A stretch of 64,000 nucleotides of DNA, taken from contig OZ024740.1 in NCBI GenBank assembly GCA_964016885.1, positions 374,046,001 through 374,110,000 of the forward strand, given 5' to 3'. Of the stretch, positions 1 to 14,241 are shown piece after piece (position 1 is the first letter of the stretch; each line of letters starts with the position of its first letter). The translations under genes and the position numbers were made by a program. Under the pieces are notes generated by a model. That model was not told the DNA's origin and did not search any database. It saw nothing but the letters and a program-made list of their open reading frames with translations. This DNA comes from Eledone cirrhosa (lineage: Eukaryota).

Positions 1-180
1 TCGGCACCCCCAAAATTCTTATTTAGATTTACTCATGGTATTCTCATTAAAAACCCATTATATACTTGTTTAGCAGTAAATTATTTTACCATCTGTCATA
101 TTCTATCCCCTCTGTTCCTTCCTCTTTTACTAATATAAATACTTCAATTTTTCTGATTTTATCCAGTTTATCCAAAATCT

Positions 181-302
181 CTGAAGAAGTGACAACTGAT
201 TATACATTTGCTATCGAATACTTGCTAACATTATATGATTACGCAAGCAGCGATACATAGGTATTCGGTCTGTTACAGAAACATATGTCAATACCTAATA
301 AA
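181..302 (+). ncRNA. Degenerate type I hammerhead ribozyme with a long stem II insert
   Basis: CTGAAGA (181-187), stem II GTGACA...TGTTAC, GAAA (278-281), palindromic CATATG, then TC and AATAAA (297-302). Stem I pairing is poor. Confidence 0.45.
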
Positions 303-343
303 TTCCTTTTTTAACAAAAGCACTTTCATTTTATATTCATCCT

Positions 344-1136
<793 letters not shown>

Positions 1137-1546
1137 TGTACATATGTATATATAGGGTATATGTGTGCAAGTAACTGTGCTTGTAACTGTATCTGTGCTT
1201 AAGTATCCATATATTCATGTATGCATACATATGTGTATCCCTTTATCTGCAATATGTTAATGGGACTCAAGGCATGATGAATTTTAGTGTGAATTAAATT
1301 AGAATAAAACATCATCAATATATGGCGTTTCCTCACACAGACGTGTTTAATTATGCACATAATGATTTATTGCATAATTATCACTGTACACCTCCTCCCA
1401 GTGGAATGGTTCACAGCATCATATATGACAAGAGATGCAGAAATCGATAAATATGAGGAACTACACTGGAGGACAACAGAAACCGCACAAGCTCAAAATA
1501 TTGATCACATCTTGGGCAACTGAAGTATAGATATATCAAACTGAAT

Positions 1547-1613
<67 letters not shown>

Positions 1614-1759
1614 TTTTGAGTTTATGTTGGTTGTATACCAACACCTCAGTATGCAGGCTGGAGCACTCGACGAAGTGCGCAGGTTGGTTTGGTTACTCCG
1701 GAGTAGTGTAAAATAAAGTTAAATAAAAGTCAAATGATTAAAATTTAGCTTCGTTTATT

Positions 1760-1814
1760 ACTGCTATATATATTTCAGTGACAGCCATCTTTGGCTGTGA
1801 CCTCTTCAGGCAGT
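1760..1814 (-). ncRNA. Type I hammerhead ribozyme (family B, left arm)
   Basis: Reverse complement of 2050-2104. Confidence 0.75.
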
Positions 1815-2049
1815 TTGAATTAGAATGGTATAGACAAGTACATATGTTGTTTAGGTGTATGATATTGTCAATACTCTGATATGCCCAGTTCCTTGTTGGG
1901 TTGTTAATTCACTGGGGAACTGGAGTCATTGGATACGACTCCAGTTCCCCAGTGAATTAACAACCCAACAAGGAACTGGGCATATCAGAGTATTGACAAT
2001 ATCATACACCTAAACAACATATATACTTGTCTATACCATTCTAATTCAA

Positions 2050-2104
2050 ACTGCCTGAAGAGGTCACAGCCAAAGATGGCTGTCACTGAAATATATATAG
2101 CAGT
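2050..2104 (+). ncRNA. Type I hammerhead ribozyme (family B, right arm)
   Basis: actgc-CTGAAGA-ggtcacagcc aaagat ggctgtcact-GAAA-TATATA-TA-gcagt, immediately followed by AATAAA. Confidence 0.8.
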
Positions 2105-2148
2105 AATAAACGAAGCTAAATTTTAATCATTTGACTTTTATTTAACTT

Positions 2149-2192
<44 letters not shown>

Positions 2193-2310
2193 TAAAATAA
2201 CAGAATAAATATTTGCACTACGGTTCTTATATATTTGATATATATTTATCCTTATCGAGCCCTCTTTGGATTTTAGTCTTCAAATTTATTATTATTACTA
2301 TATATATATA

Positions 2311-2411
<101 letters not shown>

Positions 2412-2796
2412 GGTGACTGTACGTGTGTAGTTTGATTTATTTTAAAAGCTGGTTATAAATAAAACACTTTCAATTCAGTGACTCGATGTGTGGTTAGCCT
2501 TCGAGAATTATATTATGTATTGCATTAAAGTAAATGTAAATCCATTTAACTGAAAGTCCATAAATATAATTTTTAACAGAAATCTACGATAAGGTTAATT
2601 AAGCCGATCACAATTGGTATTGGGGAACTTCGTAAACAGACACTTGATAAAGTAATCCCTAAGGTTACGAAGTATTGCTAATGTTACTATGACAATATAT
2701 GGGATACATTATGCTCTGTTTCAAACAGATTATTTGTAATGAAGGTATGCACACAACCCCCCCCCCCCCCGGAACATACACACACACATATATATG

Positions 2797-2850
<54 letters not shown>

Positions 2851-2851
<1 letters not shown>

Positions 2852-3039
2852 AATTGTTTCTACTTTAGGCACAAGGCCAGCAATTACCCAGTGCATTACT
2901 GGTACTTTATTTTATCGACCCCGTAAGGATGAAAGGCAAAGTCAACCTCAGCGGGATTTTAACTCAGATCGTAAAGGGACGTAACAATGCTGGAAAGCAT
3001 GGCATCCGACCCTCTACCGATACTGCCAATCCACCGCCC
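2851..3039 (-). mobile_element. tRNA-derived SINE, family S1 (representative copy)
   Basis: On the sense strand: A-box-like TGGCAGTATCGG, B-box GTT(C/A)AAATCC, body TTTGCCTTTCATCCTTACGGGGTCGATAAAATAAAGTACCAG (resembles the Meta-domain as I recall it), tail AGAAACAATTA(TT). Other copies at about 18276-18360(-), 19160-19347(-), 19658-19843(+), 20730-20894(-), 23760-23908(-), 24035-24262(+), 24490-24673(+), 43905-44096(-), 53402-53592(-), 56463-56650(+), 58479-58565(+), 60205-60385(-). Confidence 0.9.
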
Positions 3040-3289
3040 TCCTATTAATAATGAGGAACAAGAAGTAAGTACCAATATAACATCATTGTGTTTATTAACA
3101 TACGACGCCTGTTCCGCGATTGATCAGCTTAAAGTAAAATCGATAGCTCATCCGACTTGTGGAGTTAGAAATATATACTGCTATTGTTTTCGGTGATAGA
3201 CTTATATATATATATATATATGTGGCGGGGGGGGGGGGGGTATGTGTGTGTTTGTGTATGTGTGCATGTGTTTGAGGAAGGTTGCATTT

Positions 3290-3690
3290 GGATGAATTTA
3301 GATGTTTCGTGGAATATGTTATATTTTGCGGGTGGTTTTACAAATGCAAGATAAAGTATGGGTGTCTGAAGACGGGTAACGTTTGAAGTAAGTGAATCTA
3401 AAGTGAGAACTCTTGGGTGGTAAACTATTTAAAAACTTATTTCTTGTAGAGATGTGCATGCCATATTGCGTGGAGAATTTAAGTACACGTCGGTAATCTT
3501 GAATTCTCTAATATTGCATTGAACTAGATCCAAGCTGAAAATAGTTTCTCTAATATCTAGAAAAATACAGTTAATAGTGGCTGCAGTTGATGACATTTTT
3601 CAAGGTTCAATCAAATTTTTGTCGACTTGATATGTATTGCAACGAGAGAGTGGGCTGACAAATGATCCACGTTGAGTAAGCCGAGGATCG
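3290..3690 (-). pseudogene. Highly decayed reverse transcriptase relic, possibly Penelope-type
   Basis: Frameshifted minus-strand pieces in the expected order: GSFVSPL (like MGSPLSP), SRY.. (like RYVDD), KFLN (like FLD), VKPP (like YRKPT). Confidence 0.3.
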
Positions 3691-5038
3691 AAATACATTT
3701 TCTACTATTGCGTACACATAAAATGATTACACGTGCTGTTACATAACATCTCGCCATGTATGCCCCACTCATCTATATTTAGAAACTGATGATTTGCTCA
3801 TGCCACCGACCCACTATCATGGCTTGTTCATACGACCACACATCAATTAACACACATTTACAGGATCTTTGTTTCTTATATATTCAAACACACAAAAGCA
3901 TACTCACAATTACACCCACACACACATGAGCATACACACAAACACATTCGTCTTTCGTATCTATGTTCTCTTATGCTAGTTAGGCTTATCTTTAGTGCAG
4001 CACGCCCGAAGTTATCAGCTGAAAAAGCACATTATTTTCGAATACTCAGTTCTTGTCACTTGTTTCAACAATTATGTTGGTTCAAATTTTGTGTTCTTTA
4101 CCTCCTATAATTCATACATTTTCTTCTTCTTACGGACGTAAGTACATCAGATTTCATGCATGTTCTTTGTTGTTGATCATGTTTTGTTTTGTATATTGCA
4201 TTTGCTTATTACATGGATAGATTTTAGAAACCTTATGACTACTAGCAGTGAATATCTAATTTCATTGCTCACGTATTTTTTTTAAAACTAATATTGAAAT
4301 AAATTTTTGAAATGTATAGCTTTCCAAATAGTTCCACAGTAGTAGTACTTTCAAAACAACATAATGCGATAATGAATATAATGAAAATGCAAGGTTTTGG
4401 AATAGAAAACTATATTCTAGGGATGTGTTATCAGTACCGAGACAATAACGAAGAAAATACATCAAATAGCACAATTGTGCTTTTTTATTTTAATTTCTTT
4501 ATTTTGTCCAATATAGTATTTGTCGAACGGTGTTACGTTATTTGATCCGGATATTTACGATCTAAATGCAAATTATTTTGAAGTTAACTTTGCGTTCGGT
4601 CTTCAGTGATTGACAAACTAATGCACCAGTGGTGCTGGGCTCCATATATGCAAATGCGATTACCCCAAATACCCCACCCAACCCCACCATAACACACGCA
4701 CATTCTTGTTTGTTTCAGATAATGATTCGGGTATTTCTTCTGGCTTTTTACGTGCTGACTTAAAATACCGAGGAGGTCAACATTGCATTTCTTCCATAAG
4801 TAGTCGATAAAACAGCGTCAAGTACTTCAGTGTGCATAATTGAGTGTTCCGCCATGCCTGGTACATATTTTATCGATCTAATTTTTTTTATCCCACCGGT
4901 AAGTGCAGAAGATAAACACGAACACAAACAAGACGAATACAAAAATATACACGAGCACACGCACGTGTTCACTCGCATACATACATACGCAAGCACGCAT
5001 ACACACAAACTCATACACACTTACACGAACATACACAT

Positions 5039-5090
<52 letters not shown>

Positions 5091-5897
5091 GTAGATAGAT
5101 AGAATGATTGATATAGGGTACACGGAGATCAGCTAGAGATCTAAAAAGTAATATGTTTGAGTCACGTCTCGATCTTATTTGATCACAGCGTTTCTCGCTC
5201 AATATATGAGAAGCAGTTAAACAACAAAAATGTTTTACTTCAAAAATGTTGTTTTGCGGAAACTTAACACAACAATATTTTTATAGAATGATATCGTCTA
5301 TCACGTTAGTTATATATTTATTTATTTTTATCTTATCGTTTTAATTTTATTTATTTTGTTAGGTTGTTTATTTATTTTTAAATGTTCTCCCTACTTTAAG
5401 TGAATGTGTAGCATATATTACTGAAATGGAATCTTTCAATACACGTAGCCAAATTAATACTAAATGACATTCCCATTTTTCTCATTTTATTTTCTGTTTA
5501 CTACAGTACTTATTTCTTTTATAATATCATCACGTATTTGTCATTTGATTTTTTTCTTCTGTTTTTATTTATTTAGAATGCGTTTATTTTTTCTTTAAAT
5601 CGTATGTCAGTCACATGCAATTTGTCCTACTTCTTGAAATAACATGCGATTTGCATTACGTTGTGGTTCTGCGATGTTCTTTATTTGGTGTTGTATTTGT
5701 TGCCTTTATTTTAGTTTATAATTCTTTGAATTCTCAACGCTTCCTTTTGCGCTGCATACGCGGATCTTTTCCATACTTAACTATTTGAAGTATCTTTAAT
5801 TCATTTGATAATTTAATTTGAAATTATCGCTATAGAAATTAAAGGTCACACACATACATACATATATATACATACTCACACACACACACACACCCAC

Positions 5898-6009
<112 letters not shown>

Positions 6010-6040
6010 TTGTGTGTCTGTGTGTGTATGTATATATGCA

Positions 6041-6083
<43 letters not shown>

Positions 6084-6129
6084 GCACACACCCATATATA
6101 CGGGTAAGAGAGAGCGATAAAGAGAGATA

Positions 6130-6167
<38 letters not shown>

Positions 6168-6771
6168 AAGTACGTGTATTCATGTATGTATATATGTATC
6201 TCGAAGCAGTCAAGTAGATGGAAAGCTTTGTTCGGAAGCATATACGAATGATCAACCAATGAAGACAAGTGAAATAAAATCGATTCTTCAGAAGAGTAGG
6301 ATCGTTTAACATAGGCAGATTTTATAATTGACAATAGTGCATCTCATTCTTTTCTCTCAGGATTATTTTTTGCCTCCCTGTTTTTATTACTTTATAGATA
6401 GTGTTATTTTCTTTACTATTAATGTATTCGTACCCAATTCACAACTCATCTGATTAAGGTGCACTGCTCTAATTAATGATCTACTTCAACTGTTGGCAGC
6501 ATACTGTAGGTTATATAAAGATTGATAAGGATGCCAGGGAAGCACACGTGAATCTAGTTTCTAGCTAGAGTACCAATATTTATATATAATCAAAACAATT
6601 ATTTCAAAATGATTTTAAATCCATGATAAAAACATATATTTATACCTGAAAGCAAGGTACACTGATTTATCGTTTGGGACGTCGTGATCCGGTAACCAAA
6701 ACCGTATACACTTGCTTTATACAGGAGATAAGTGTGCCAGGTTAGTTATTAGGTATTTCGAGAATTAGAGT

Positions 6772-6813
<42 letters not shown>

Positions 6814-7311
6814 TATATAAATCAATAAACGAATGATGAATTAAATAGAGTATATATATATATATATACGGATTAACAAATAATAGTTAAATGCAGTCCA
6901 CTTAGGTGAAGTCCAGTTATGGTATTCCAGGTAGTGGATGATATTAACGCTTGGTTTGGTTTGACTCAACAAGGCGTTTTCATAGTGATGCTGCGGGTAT
7001 GCTGTAATTCCTATGTTGTAAACACTTGGAGTAATAATAAATCAGGAAAGAAGGTTTACATGGTTTGCTATACAAACAAGTTTTTAATCACATAGCTTAC
7101 ATTTGTTTCACTGAACTGGTATGTCTAGAGATCGCTATCCGCCTAATTTTGCGTCACTCGATCTCGCCAATACAGTATTATAACCAGTCAGATCTTCGGA
7201 GCATGCGAGAATGAAGAAAATACACAGGCAAGAAAAGAAAAGAAAATATGGAGTAGTTATGGCATTCAATTAGAACAATAACAACAATTACAACAATGCT
7301 ATCAATAAACT

Positions 7312-7593
7312 GTGCACAGGCACTCAATGAAAAACCGTGCACTCATGGGTTCCACCTGCCTCGCCAGAAAAATATGGGAATTGAAGGACAGCAACGCTAG
7401 CTACACTATCAACTTGTCGAAGTTGTCGGCTGCTAAAACCTATAGTACAGGGATGTCCTATTGCGGGCTGTGTGATCTTGAGCTATTGTATATCCTTAGA
7501 AATGTTAAAAGGCTACTTAATAATAAGTTAGAAAGATCTATCTTCTGCAGACATAGAATAGCCACTAAATTCATAAGATTCAAACCTCCGTGA
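7312..7593 (+). pseudogene. C-terminal fragment of a Penelope-like GIY-YIG endonuclease
   Basis: STCLARKIWELKD...Y...CGLCDLE..YI....LLNNKLE...CRH matches the ST.L...IW.LK / CxLC / LN...E...CRH pattern of aquatic-invertebrate PLE endonuclease ends. It is truncated exactly at the inversion junction. Confidence 0.8.
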
Positions 7594-7919
7594 ATCGAAC
7601 CAACATAACATAGCTTTAAATTAGAATACCTACTACCCACAGAAATATATTCATTAAGTATACTATTTCCTTCACAAGTCTATACCACACAATTGTCTGT
7701 AAGTACCTCATCTACCAACAATCTTACTCCTTCTCAGCTGCTGCAATCATTTGATCCTAGATCCTAGTTTTTCTCATTTCACTACTACAATGTTACTTTA
7801 CCTTCTTTTTGCCATATACAATTAGCACGCTTTTCTCTTTGCATGTATGTATATTTTTGTACGAGTGTATATTGATGTGTATGTATGTGTCTATGTACAC
7901 ATATATGTGTATATATATT

Positions 7920-7972
<53 letters not shown>

Positions 7973-8311
7973 TCGTATATTAATTCGTTAACCTCTGTAT
8001 TAACTCTACAACTATTGAGCTTTGACAGTGGTCCCAGTCATGTATATTGTTGAAGATGAAGAGAAAGACTGTAAAAACTAGCTTATCTTTATAATTTAAA
8101 ATTGATACACACTACGATACTTTTTGCCTTATGACAGCTGGTTTTCACGCCGTACATTAGATACATTATATACCCCCACCTAAGTAATGTCAGGGTCTCC
8201 TTAAATAGTTTATTGATAGCATTGTTGTAATTGTTGTTATTGTTCTAATTGAATGCCATAACTACTCCATATTTTCTTTTCTTTTCTTGCCTGTGTATTT
8301 TCTTCATTCTC

Positions 8312-8425
8312 GCATGCTCCGAAGATCTGACTGGTTATAATTCTGTATTGGCGATCGAGTGACGCAAAAGTAGGCGGATAGCGATCTCTAGACATACCAG
8401 TTCAGTGAAACAAATGTAAGCTATG
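8312..8425 (+). ncRNA. HHR-like motif with a long stem II and a U4C core change (mirror copy at about 7090-7206 on -)
   Basis: gct-CCGAAGA-T CTGACTGGT...ACCAGTTCAG T-GAAA-CAAATG-TA-agc. Confidence 0.55.
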
Positions 8426-8473
8426 TGATTAAAAACTTTTTTGTATAGCAAACCATGTAAACCTTCTTTCCTG

Positions 8474-8522
<49 letters not shown>

Positions 8523-9767
8523 AATTGCAATATAATATTTATCACTTATAACTTTAAACATATATATTCACTGTTCATCGTTCGTTTATTGATTTATATA
8601 TTGACTTCTTTGAATTTAAGTTGTGTTTTATTCTCACTGTCATTTGAGGTCTTCTTTAATCGTAGACAGATACAATGGACAGCAGCAAAACAGGGTTACA
8701 ATTATATTTTATCCCCCAGTATTTTTTAGTAAAATCAAGACGTAATATACATAGCGATCTGAGGAGAAGAAATGAAGGAATGACTATCCTTGATTTATAT
8801 GTTTATTGAATAGTTTCAACTTACCCCAAGACCCAATCTATATTTTTAGTATGTCTATGGGATCAGTAAGTGAATATAATTATATTGAGGGAAGTTAAAT
8901 ATGCATGGTAGGCAGGGTAATGGCAGATTTTAAAATTATTTGAGAGAGTGCCTTGCGGTATATTTTTTGGTCCCCCTCTCATGTTGTATCGGTCTATTCT
9001 TTCTTTCTATACATTAAATAGCCCTGTCCCAGATTGTCAGTACTCCGAGAATATCCAGCCTGGAAGAAATAAGCTTTTATCAGCGAGAAGTGTAATCTTC
9101 CAATGTCCACATAAACTATTTACTCTACAATCGCAATGATTTATTTTATGAGATATAGTAATTAGTGCAAAATATACATCACAACTAATGTATTCCTCAT
9201 CAGAATCTGAAAATATTTCTTCTCTCAAAGACCAATATAAGTTTACATCTGTGGTGTGTTTACTCATACACAAACACATACCCTCACTACATCTAAAACT
9301 AGGAAATTCAATTATTTGGGACGAAGACCCTCACACACAGACTCTAATTGCTGGTATTTGCATTTGAAGTTGGGGCTTTAGATTCATCAAGCTGAATCTA
9401 CTTCGTTTCAAACCCTCTTTAAATAATTGGAACATTATATGCAGGATTTCAATTAAACAGTTGGTAGGACTCATTCATTGCCACTGAACATCAATTTTAA
9501 TATATTGTAGATCATTTCAAAGTTCAATATATACAAGCCAGTAATTTCATCCAATACAACACTGTCTGTTCGGTATTTAATACGCATCATGGACCTCCAA
9601 GTCAAATAATTTCTAAAAATAACTGCTAATACCATACCAGTACTGGTATCCTGCCCTTTCACTTTTACCTCATGCAATATTTTGTAAACATTAATAATTT
9701 GGAAAAACCTTGGGAAGCATTGCATTTTTCTCCACTGTATTTGAAATTTAAATCTTCAAAGTGACGT

Positions 9768-9967
9768 NNNNNNNNNNNNNNNNNNNNNNNNNNNNNNNNN
9801 NNNNNNNNNNNNNNNNNNNNNNNNNNNNNNNNNNNNNNNNNNNNNNNNNNNNNNNNNNNNNNNNNNNNNNNNNNNNNNNNNNNNNNNNNNNNNNNNNNNN
9901 NNNNNNNNNNNNNNNNNNNNNNNNNNNNNNNNNNNNNNNNNNNNNNNNNNNNNNNNNNNNNNNNNNN
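9768..9967. other. Assembly gap (200 N)
   Basis: Run of n characters. Confidence 1.
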
Positions 9968-10695
9968 ATAACCATTCCGACTAATGAAGATCGATAAGTT
10001 GTGTATGTAGGAAGTGCAGTAAAGGAGAAAAGATATGATGCAAAGTTGTTATTATTTTTCATTAAAGTTATAATAATTGCTGCATTTGTTTTAGTTGTGT
10101 TCAAGGGGATGAGTTACAGATGTGACCAACTTTTCTAATTCATATATCTTTATATATATTTAAGACTAAATGGAGGTCAAACAAATACATAGATACCCTT
10201 ATTTAAACAGGGAAATTATGTTAAAGTAAATGTTACATTTATGTAATCTACGTAAATTAATCTATAATATTTTGCTGCATTTTACATGGAAGCATATGGT
10301 TAAGGCTAAGTATAATTTGAATCCCTCTGTTTCATAATTTGGATTATATATATATATATACATATGAGGGCTGCAACTGGATTTTGAATAATGGCATCGC
10401 TTGATAATCAAGACGCGGCCTTTTTGTCTTGCTAGGGACTTACCTATGTCAGCAATATCATGCATCGAAATATATGTAACGATGCTTGCGCTTGAGGATT
10501 TTTAAAGTGAGGAAAGGCTTTCCAGGGAGCCCAATCTCACTCTCTGATTATTGAATACAATTGCCCAAAAAGAAGTACTTGTCTACATCAAAGGATGTCA
10601 ACGTACTTGCAGGTTTGATATCAAAGTGACCTTCTCTAGGAGAGATGTCTTAATGAAGACTACGAGTCTCTCGCTCCACAAACAAAGTATATATA

Positions 10696-10726
<31 letters not shown>

Positions 10727-10741
10727 ATAATATATTATATT

Positions 10742-11121
10742 TATTTATTAAAATAACAGATTAAAGTTTAAGCAAAAACTCGGTGCTTTCACCTTTAACG
10801 GATCTTTTGAAACTAACAAAGTCAATGTGTGAACGCAGATGTGAATATTTCAAAAAATCGTTGCCAGGGAACGTTTCACGAACCAAAGTATCGTCTTCTC
10901 GTCTTCCTCCGGTTGCAACGCCTTTTGAAATATTCACTTCTGCGTTTACAGATTGACTTTGTTAGTTTCAGAAGATCCCGTTAAGGTGAAAGCATCGATT
11001 ATTTGCTTAAACTTTAATATGTTATTTTAATAAATATTTCCTCTACGGTTCTTATATATTTGATATATATTTACCCTTATCGAGCCCTCTTTGGATTTTA
11101 CTCCTTCAAATTTATTATTAT

Positions 11122-11125
<4 letters not shown>
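10742..11125. mobile_element. Family D fold-back element in (TA)n
   Basis: Arms at 10742-10864 and 10915-11036, right extension 11037-11125. Carries an HHR-like relic, CAGAAGA-TCCC gttaa GG(G)T-GAAA. Fragments at about 2187-2297, 12345-12530, 19353-19405, 19606-19659 and 55845-55965. Confidence 0.75.
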
Positions 11126-11175
<50 letters not shown>

Positions 11176-11220
11176 TGTGTGTGTGTGTGTGCGTAGGTAG
11201 ATAGATATACTCATATATAT

Positions 11221-11260
<40 letters not shown>

Positions 11261-11266
<6 letters not shown>

Positions 11267-12572
11267 GAGGATGTCTGTGTGTCTGTTCCCTAAAACTCGA
11301 AAAGTACCCAACGGCTGTTTTTCAAACTGTACACGTGTAATAACTATGACCCCGGAAGTGCTTTCAGCAAAAACAAATTTCAAATTATTCTGTCCTAGGG
11401 ATCGAATTAGTGAAGTGACCAATGTCTCTACATAATGAGGGAGTGAGATTGGAGAGAAAGAAACGGTGAGGGCGAAGTGACGAAGTGGTTTTTTTCTCCT
11501 CTTCCTCTTACTCCCATTAGTCACAGCGTTTTTCGATAGAATGTAAGTTACAAAGAGAGAGAGAGAGAGTGAGAGTGAAAGAAAGAGACAAACTACAAGA
11601 GGGGGATAGCGGGAGGGAGAGAGAGAGTGAAAGACGCTGTCTTTTGATACTGTCAAAGATACATAACGTATAACTATTAACATCTCTGCGTGTGTGTGTG
11701 TGTGTGTGAGCGTTCCAATAAGAGTAAAATCTATTAACATGTGAGTGTGTGTATGTGCACATATGCGCGTGTGAGTTTTGCCATATGTATATGCGTCTGT
11801 ATCTGTATACACGTGTATATATATATATTATTATTATTATATATATATTTATATTAAATATTTAAAGTGAAACATAACCAATTTTTCAGGGTACTTGCTG
11901 ATGAGATCTGGATATGGTATTTTTTCACTTCTTCATTTATCGAAACTTATTTGGATTTTGAAGTTTAAACTTATCTACGGAACAGGTTTGGATTTTGAAA
12001 TTTGAATTTGTCCAAGTACCACGGCCATTTGCCAATATGGTTTGTTTTTATTGATTTATTATTTTAAATCGAGACAGGCAAACTGTATTATTATAATTAG
12101 TATTTTTCTCAATCTAGCTAACTTAGTCATTTACAATACAAACACTTATATGTTGGTATTTGTGTTTATCATATATATTAATTTATATTAACTTGTATAT
12201 ATATTTACATACGTGTATATGTCGTCTGCTTCCCTTATGAGTTAAATCTATTAACGAGTGTGTGAGTTTAGAATAACACATCTCTATACAACATATTTTA
12301 TTTTGCTCTTTTCTTCTAAAATGTAAGGAACAATTCATTCAAGGGCAGAATATCCCGTTAAGGGTGAAAGCAGTGATTATTTGCTTAAACTTTAGTCTGT
12401 TATTTTAATATATATATATATATAATTATATATTTATGGACAGATATTTTTGCATACAAAATAACAAAATATAAACAAACGTATTTATTTCACGAGGTTC
12501 GATAAGGATAAATATATATCAAATAATAAAAACCCTATAGCTAATCCCCAGCAAAGCCGGGCCATTCTGGTA

Positions 12573-12574
<2 letters not shown>
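11261..12574 (+). mobile_element. Non-autonomous Helitron-like element
   Basis: The 5' end (TA)n-AAAACAGAGGATGTCTGTGTGTCTG resembles Helitron-N starts. The 3' end has a GC hairpin, CCCAGCAAAGCCGGG, followed by ...GGTAG|T, a CTAG variant. No TSD is visible. Confidence 0.55.
11890..12020 (+). ncRNA. Type I hammerhead with an expanded stem III region
   Basis: Stem I GGTACTTG/CAAGTACC (8/8 bp), CTGATGA (11898-11904), stem II GAT...ATC, GAAAC (11942-11946), GTC (12010-12012). Confidence 0.6.
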
Positions 12575-12632
<58 letters not shown>

Positions 12633-12697
12633 CGCTTTTTTGTTAATTCAAATAGTTTTCCACTCCTCTCTCTATCTCTATTTCACAATATACATAC

Positions 12698-12821
<124 letters not shown>

Positions 12822-13189
12822 ACACAGAAGCGCCGGAACGCTGTAAACTCTGGAATTAAACGGTCAATTGATTTGATTTAATGTAATTAAAGTTAAGCAT
12901 ATTGGATTACCATTGTACCAGGTTGGAATATAGTAAGCGATACTGCGGATGCGCCGAATGTACCTTACAGCTTGATATGTTTAATTACATCTATACCCAT
13001 ATGAGTTGGAGAATTCAAGTCATTCGTTTACACCACGTGGTATTCTGGGAAACTTAGGATTGCATGGATTCACAGCCCCACAGCTATGATGCGAAGGTAT
13101 TGATCACGGCATGAGACTGGAGTAGATGATATTGTAATCTTAAGGGATAACACGGACGGGTGGAACACGTAGATATGTGTATGTATGTA

Positions 13190-13296
13190 TATTTAATGCG
13201 ATGAAATACCAATGATGGTTGGAAAATCACTGACGAAGGACTATTTTTATCATATGTAACCCATGTGCAAACCACGTAGTATTCTTCTTTCTTCTC

Positions 13297-13303
<7 letters not shown>
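13190..13303 (+). repeat. Family L dispersed repeat ending at (TA)n
   Basis: An inverted second copy lies at about 50872-50984. It contains CTGA(C/T)GA but no downstream GAAA. Confidence 0.6.
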
Positions 13304-13371
<68 letters not shown>

Positions 13372-13519
13372 TTATATATATATATATTCTATATATATAT
13401 ATATATATATGTGTGTGTGCGTGTGTGTGTGTGTGTGTGTGTGGTGGGTATGTGTGCGGGTGTGCGGGGGTCTATGTAGACTTACACACACACACACACG
13501 CAAACGTTATGTTTTACTG

Positions 13520-14241
13520 ATATATATAATGATTGCTTTCACCTGCTTCCACTACACTTTGCTTTCGCGACATGTATGTTCTGTGAACCACACAGATAAA
13601 TTGCATTTGAACGCCACCTATAACACTTGTCGCCATACTGTGATGGATACATGGAGTTCCACTATATGATGGCTTCATCTGAATCCCGTTTTATCTGGCT
13701 CTGCTTACATTCACTTTGGTTGATACCATTCTTAAACTGTCACCTCTGAAATCTTCTACTGTCTACTACCATATTTAATTGCATTTATTTAAATTGCTTA
13801 TATAATGTGTTATCTTTTATGTTTCATTTTTATTGTTTTTTTATATTTCCTTATATTATCATCACTTTATTGTTATCTTTATTTTATCTTTACTTCTAGA
13901 CTCTACGTTTTACGTTTTATCTCTTAACATTAATTTCCTTATCTTTTAATTTTCTTTATCTTTAATTATGTTTCATTATTTTTCCTTATTTTTCCTTATC
14001 TTTAATGATTGTAAGTGATTTGTGTCTAATATTTATCGGCTTCTAGCGGTGACGAGTCGGCCAAGCACCCCACTCTTCTTAGTCCTCTGTGCTACATATG
14101 GATCGTTCTGGTGATATAGGTCGGTAGAATTTATACTATTGATCTAATTCCTCTTTATAACGCTCTGATGAGTCCTGCAAGGACGAAACACTGTCAGCAA
14201 ATAAAGATTAATTGATAATGTAAGCGCTCTTTGTTTTTGTT

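Larger units (their letters stand above)
1612..2155. mobile_element. Family B fold-back element: near-perfect 219-bp arms plus a ~97-bp left extension
   Basis: Arms at 1709-1927 and 1937-2155 with a 9-nt loop, flanked by (TA)n. A second, non-palindromic copy lies at 20039-20387. Confidence 0.85.
6869..8478 (+). mobile_element. Family H: 5'-truncated Penelope-like element with an inverted terminal repeat
   Basis: 7038-7311 is the inverted copy of 8207-8478. The two arms enclose a GIY-YIG C-terminal fragment. (TA)n flanks both ends. Confidence 0.8.

Noticed and set aside
1709-2155. Reading the fold-backs as classical MITEs
   Set aside because: The arms are asymmetric, junctions vary between copies, and they contain HHRs and in one case a PLE endonuclease fragment.
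8640-9767. Non-repetitive stretch with short minus-strand ORFs
   Set aside because: I could not recognise any motif, and it is cut by the gap. Left unassigned.
13228-13245. Isolated CTGAnGA motifs (also near 3786, 9197 on -, 40423, and 50938 on -)
   Set aside because: They lack a paired stem II followed by GAAA and a closing stem I.
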